DNA of 59,883 nucleotides, filler included, from Thelocarpon superellum (lineage: Eukaryota), in the NCBI GenBank assembly GCA_026025795.1. It is 2 parts of 2 records of this genome, joined end to end, with 100 filler letters (N's around TTAATTAATTAA, not from the genome) between each part and the next. Parts side by side here need not be neighbours in the genome. Positions count along the whole stretch, not along the records: positions 30,011 to 59,883 come from JAPEUG010000212.1; 1 more part is not named here. One strand, given 5' to 3'. Below, one piece after another: positions 57,401 to 59,883 of this stretch (the first letter of the stretch is position 1; each line of letters starts with the position of its first letter). The notes under the pieces were generated by a model, which made no database searches, was not told where the DNA came from, and saw only the letters and a program-made list of their open reading frames with translations. The translations under genes and the position numbers were made by a program.

Positions 57401-59883
57401 GCGATCTGGCTGTCCTCGCCCACATTGCGTTGCTGCAGATACTCCAAGGTGGCCCGGTACGGCCCGTTCCAGACCAAGAGGTCCTCGTCTCGCGTCTTAC
57501 CCTCTAGGAAGTCGTCCACGAGCAGGCCGAGGCGAGCGTCTAGCCCCGCCTCACTTGAATCCCGCGCCAGGGCGGAGTGGCGGATGTAGGCGGCCACGTC
57601 GGAGATGGCAGATCCCATCAAACCCATCAGATCCAAGGCCATGTTCTTCGCCGGAGCGGGACTCTTGTCCCCTTCCATGATGCCAATCATACTCGTTAAG
57701 AGGAGTCGCAACAAGAGCTCGGCCGCAGGCCAATCGGTGGAGCCCAGGACGGTGATGAAATCCTCCGTGAAGATGTCCAGTAGTACGCGGTAGGGGTCGT
57801 CACCCGTCTTGGTAGACTTGAGGGCGCGCGAGACGAGAAAGTGGATGACGTAGTGCGCATTCTTCTGCGCAGCATCGAACAGAGGTCGCGACAGATCGCC
57901 GAGCTGCTCCATCGCTCGCATCGGATCACGATCAGCCGCGGCTTCACTCTCAATGCCGTGTACGCCCCGGTGGCGATTGATCAAGGGCTCGTCGTCGTCG
58001 CCCTCCTCGTCCGACTCGTCGCGGTCCATGGCCATCGGTTCCCCCTCGCCGTTGGCCTCACCCAGGCTACGGTCCGTTGGGCGAGCTTTGACGTGTTCCG
58101 AGCGGATCGCACTGCTCTGGATCAAGCGCATGATCAGGGCCGAAACCAGCTGGATGTTACCGCCGTCGGGAAGCTTGTAATGTCGCGCGCCTTGCCGCGT
58201 CACGGGTAGTTTCTCGAGGGAGGTGAGGATCTCGTCAAACACAAAGGTGCGCTGATCAGGATATCGGGCAAAGATTTCGATGAGGATGTCCATCGCGGTG
58301 ACTCGCACCCGGTCGAATTTGGCAACGCCGACGACCGAGTCCTTGTCAAAGTGAGCATTCTCCACGAAGATTAAACTGGTGGCCAGGAACTCGACGGTAG
58401 TGACGACGCTCTCCGTCACTTCCTCCTTGGCCAGAACATGTGCAATCAGACGCATGAGCTTGTTGGTCTGGTTCAACAGACTCGCCAGCACTTTGACCTG
58501 CGCGGCAAGGGACTTGAACGTGTCGGCCATGGCACCGGTTGGGCGAATCTCGACAACGGGGACAAGACACGTATCTAACGCACTCTTCAGCAGCTTCAAA
58601 ATGCTCTGGAGCATGTCTTCCGAGTAGAGTTGCTTCTCCTCCCGTCCTCCCGTCATCATCCTCGCCAGCATTCGAGCCGACTTGAGTCCGACGTCGACGA
58701 GGTCGACTTGCTGGAGCCAGGTATGAACGTTATCCTCGCTCCAGCTCTCATCCACTCTAATCTCGGAGGCATCGGCCGCCTTCAGGGCGCTTTCTCCCAG
58801 TCCCTGTAGGCGCAACAGATCGTCCAGCGGCACGTCGGCGAAGCGAGCGTCCGCAATCACCTTTTGCATCGACGATTCCAACTTCACAAGCACGGCAGGT
58901 ACAAGCGTCGCTGTTCCGCCCCCAGAGCCACCGTTGTCGCTGAAGAAGGCCGAGGCGGTCGCGGAAACTGCACCCGATGTGTCGGCCTGCAAGTGATCCT
59001 CGGCTTCAAAGACGGCGCCGATGAGCTCGCGGAAGTTACGCAGCGATGCCTCAGTCTTCTCGCGATGGTCAATGGATTTGGCCACGGGCTCGGCCCGTGT
59101 GATAGATTGGGTAAGGCGTTGGGTTATGGTAGCATCAGGGCCATTCGCGGCGTCGGTGATTTCATCATCAGGCACGTTCTGGTATTCCGACAGTTGGGTG
59201 GATTGTGAGAATGGAGGGATATAGACGGCGGGGAGCGGCCGTTGCATAATCGTTGGACCCACAACGTCGCGCCGAGGCTCAACCCCAGAAACTTGGCCAT
59301 GAGACGCAGTGAGAGGACTCTTTCTCTTTGTGTAAGATGCGCTCGGCGAATATCTTGAGGGATGTGCACCGGCCGAGCCGTGAGAGCCCGGTGTGCTCGG
59401 GGTGGGATCTGCGCCTCATCAGCATCGTGATCGCAGGAAAATATGGACTGTAACGTACAGCTGAATGGGATGTCTGTCGTATTGAGCAACATTTCCGAGA
59501 AGGCGCCCAAAGCGTTGGGCGTGGTCGACCACTCCTGAAGTGGGACCACGTCGGTGTCGGTTTGATCAAGCCTCACGCATCCCGGGACCTTGAAGTTACT
59601 GAAGAATATCATCAGCCTAGCAATCATCATGCGGGGGGCGAGTAAGGTAGAGCCACTCACAAAGTAGTCAGGCCTTCGGGATTCAAGAGCCTCTGGAGGT
59701 CACGCACGGCCTGGCTAGCCAAGCCAGAGGACGCACGGCCGTGCTGCAACTGCTTATCAAGCGCCTCAAGGGTGGACTTGGCTTCGTACTGTTGTGAGTG
59801 GTTGGTGAACAGTGGGACGGTAGATGGGGCTGAGATTGACGGTGGAGGGATTGGCTCTGTGACGTGAGGGTCAGACAGAAGAT
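54406..59883 (-). CDS. SCC2: Cohesin loader Scc2/Mis4 (Nipped-B); 5'-partial, first exon(s) outside the window
   Basis: REEKQLYSED, DEILTSLEKLP, IQLVSALIMRLIQ, DDPYRVLLDIFTEDF...DWPAAELLLR, HEAT repeats, QGLLHPKECGPVLIALETS. Two further upstream exons with canonical introns between about 59390 and 59860. Confidence 0.95.

Noticed and set aside
54373..59208. Numerous + strand ORFs overlapping SCC2 (and similar shadow ORFs over other genes)
   Set aside because: These are antisense or alternative-frame shadows caused by GC3-rich codon usage.

Overview
This is eukaryotic, GC-rich, intron-containing DNA from a filamentous ascomycete (Pezizomycotina-type genes with GT-AG introns and CTRAY branch sites). 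It consists of two sequence pieces joined by an artificial 100-bp spacer (44 N + TTAATTAATTAA + 44 N, 29911-30010), so adjacency across the gap is not established. Recognisable genes include: a BTB protein, a FacB/Cat8-like Zn2Cys6 factor, a SET methyltransferase, a Ygr210-type GTPase, NHP2, a KRE1-like cell-wall protein, REX3, a GNAT acetyltransferase, PHB1, QCR8, a HAD-IIA hydrolase, ATP17, NUO-21/NDUFS4, URK1, GID8, ESF1, an EF-hand external NADH dehydrogenase and SCC2 (5'-partial), plus several conserved hypothetical genes. Less obvious signals: (i) two box C/D snoRNAs inside GID8 introns, one with a second guide complementary to U2 snRNA; (ii) a degenerate ~76-bp x ~14 tandem array; (iii) a FacB-like factor lacking its whole middle regulatory region; (iv) a ~200-bp foldback element whose flanks are directly repeated around an inverted core; (v) three predicted GC-AG introns; (vi) a decayed pseudogene. 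All family calls are from recognition of sequence motifs by eye; no database search was run.
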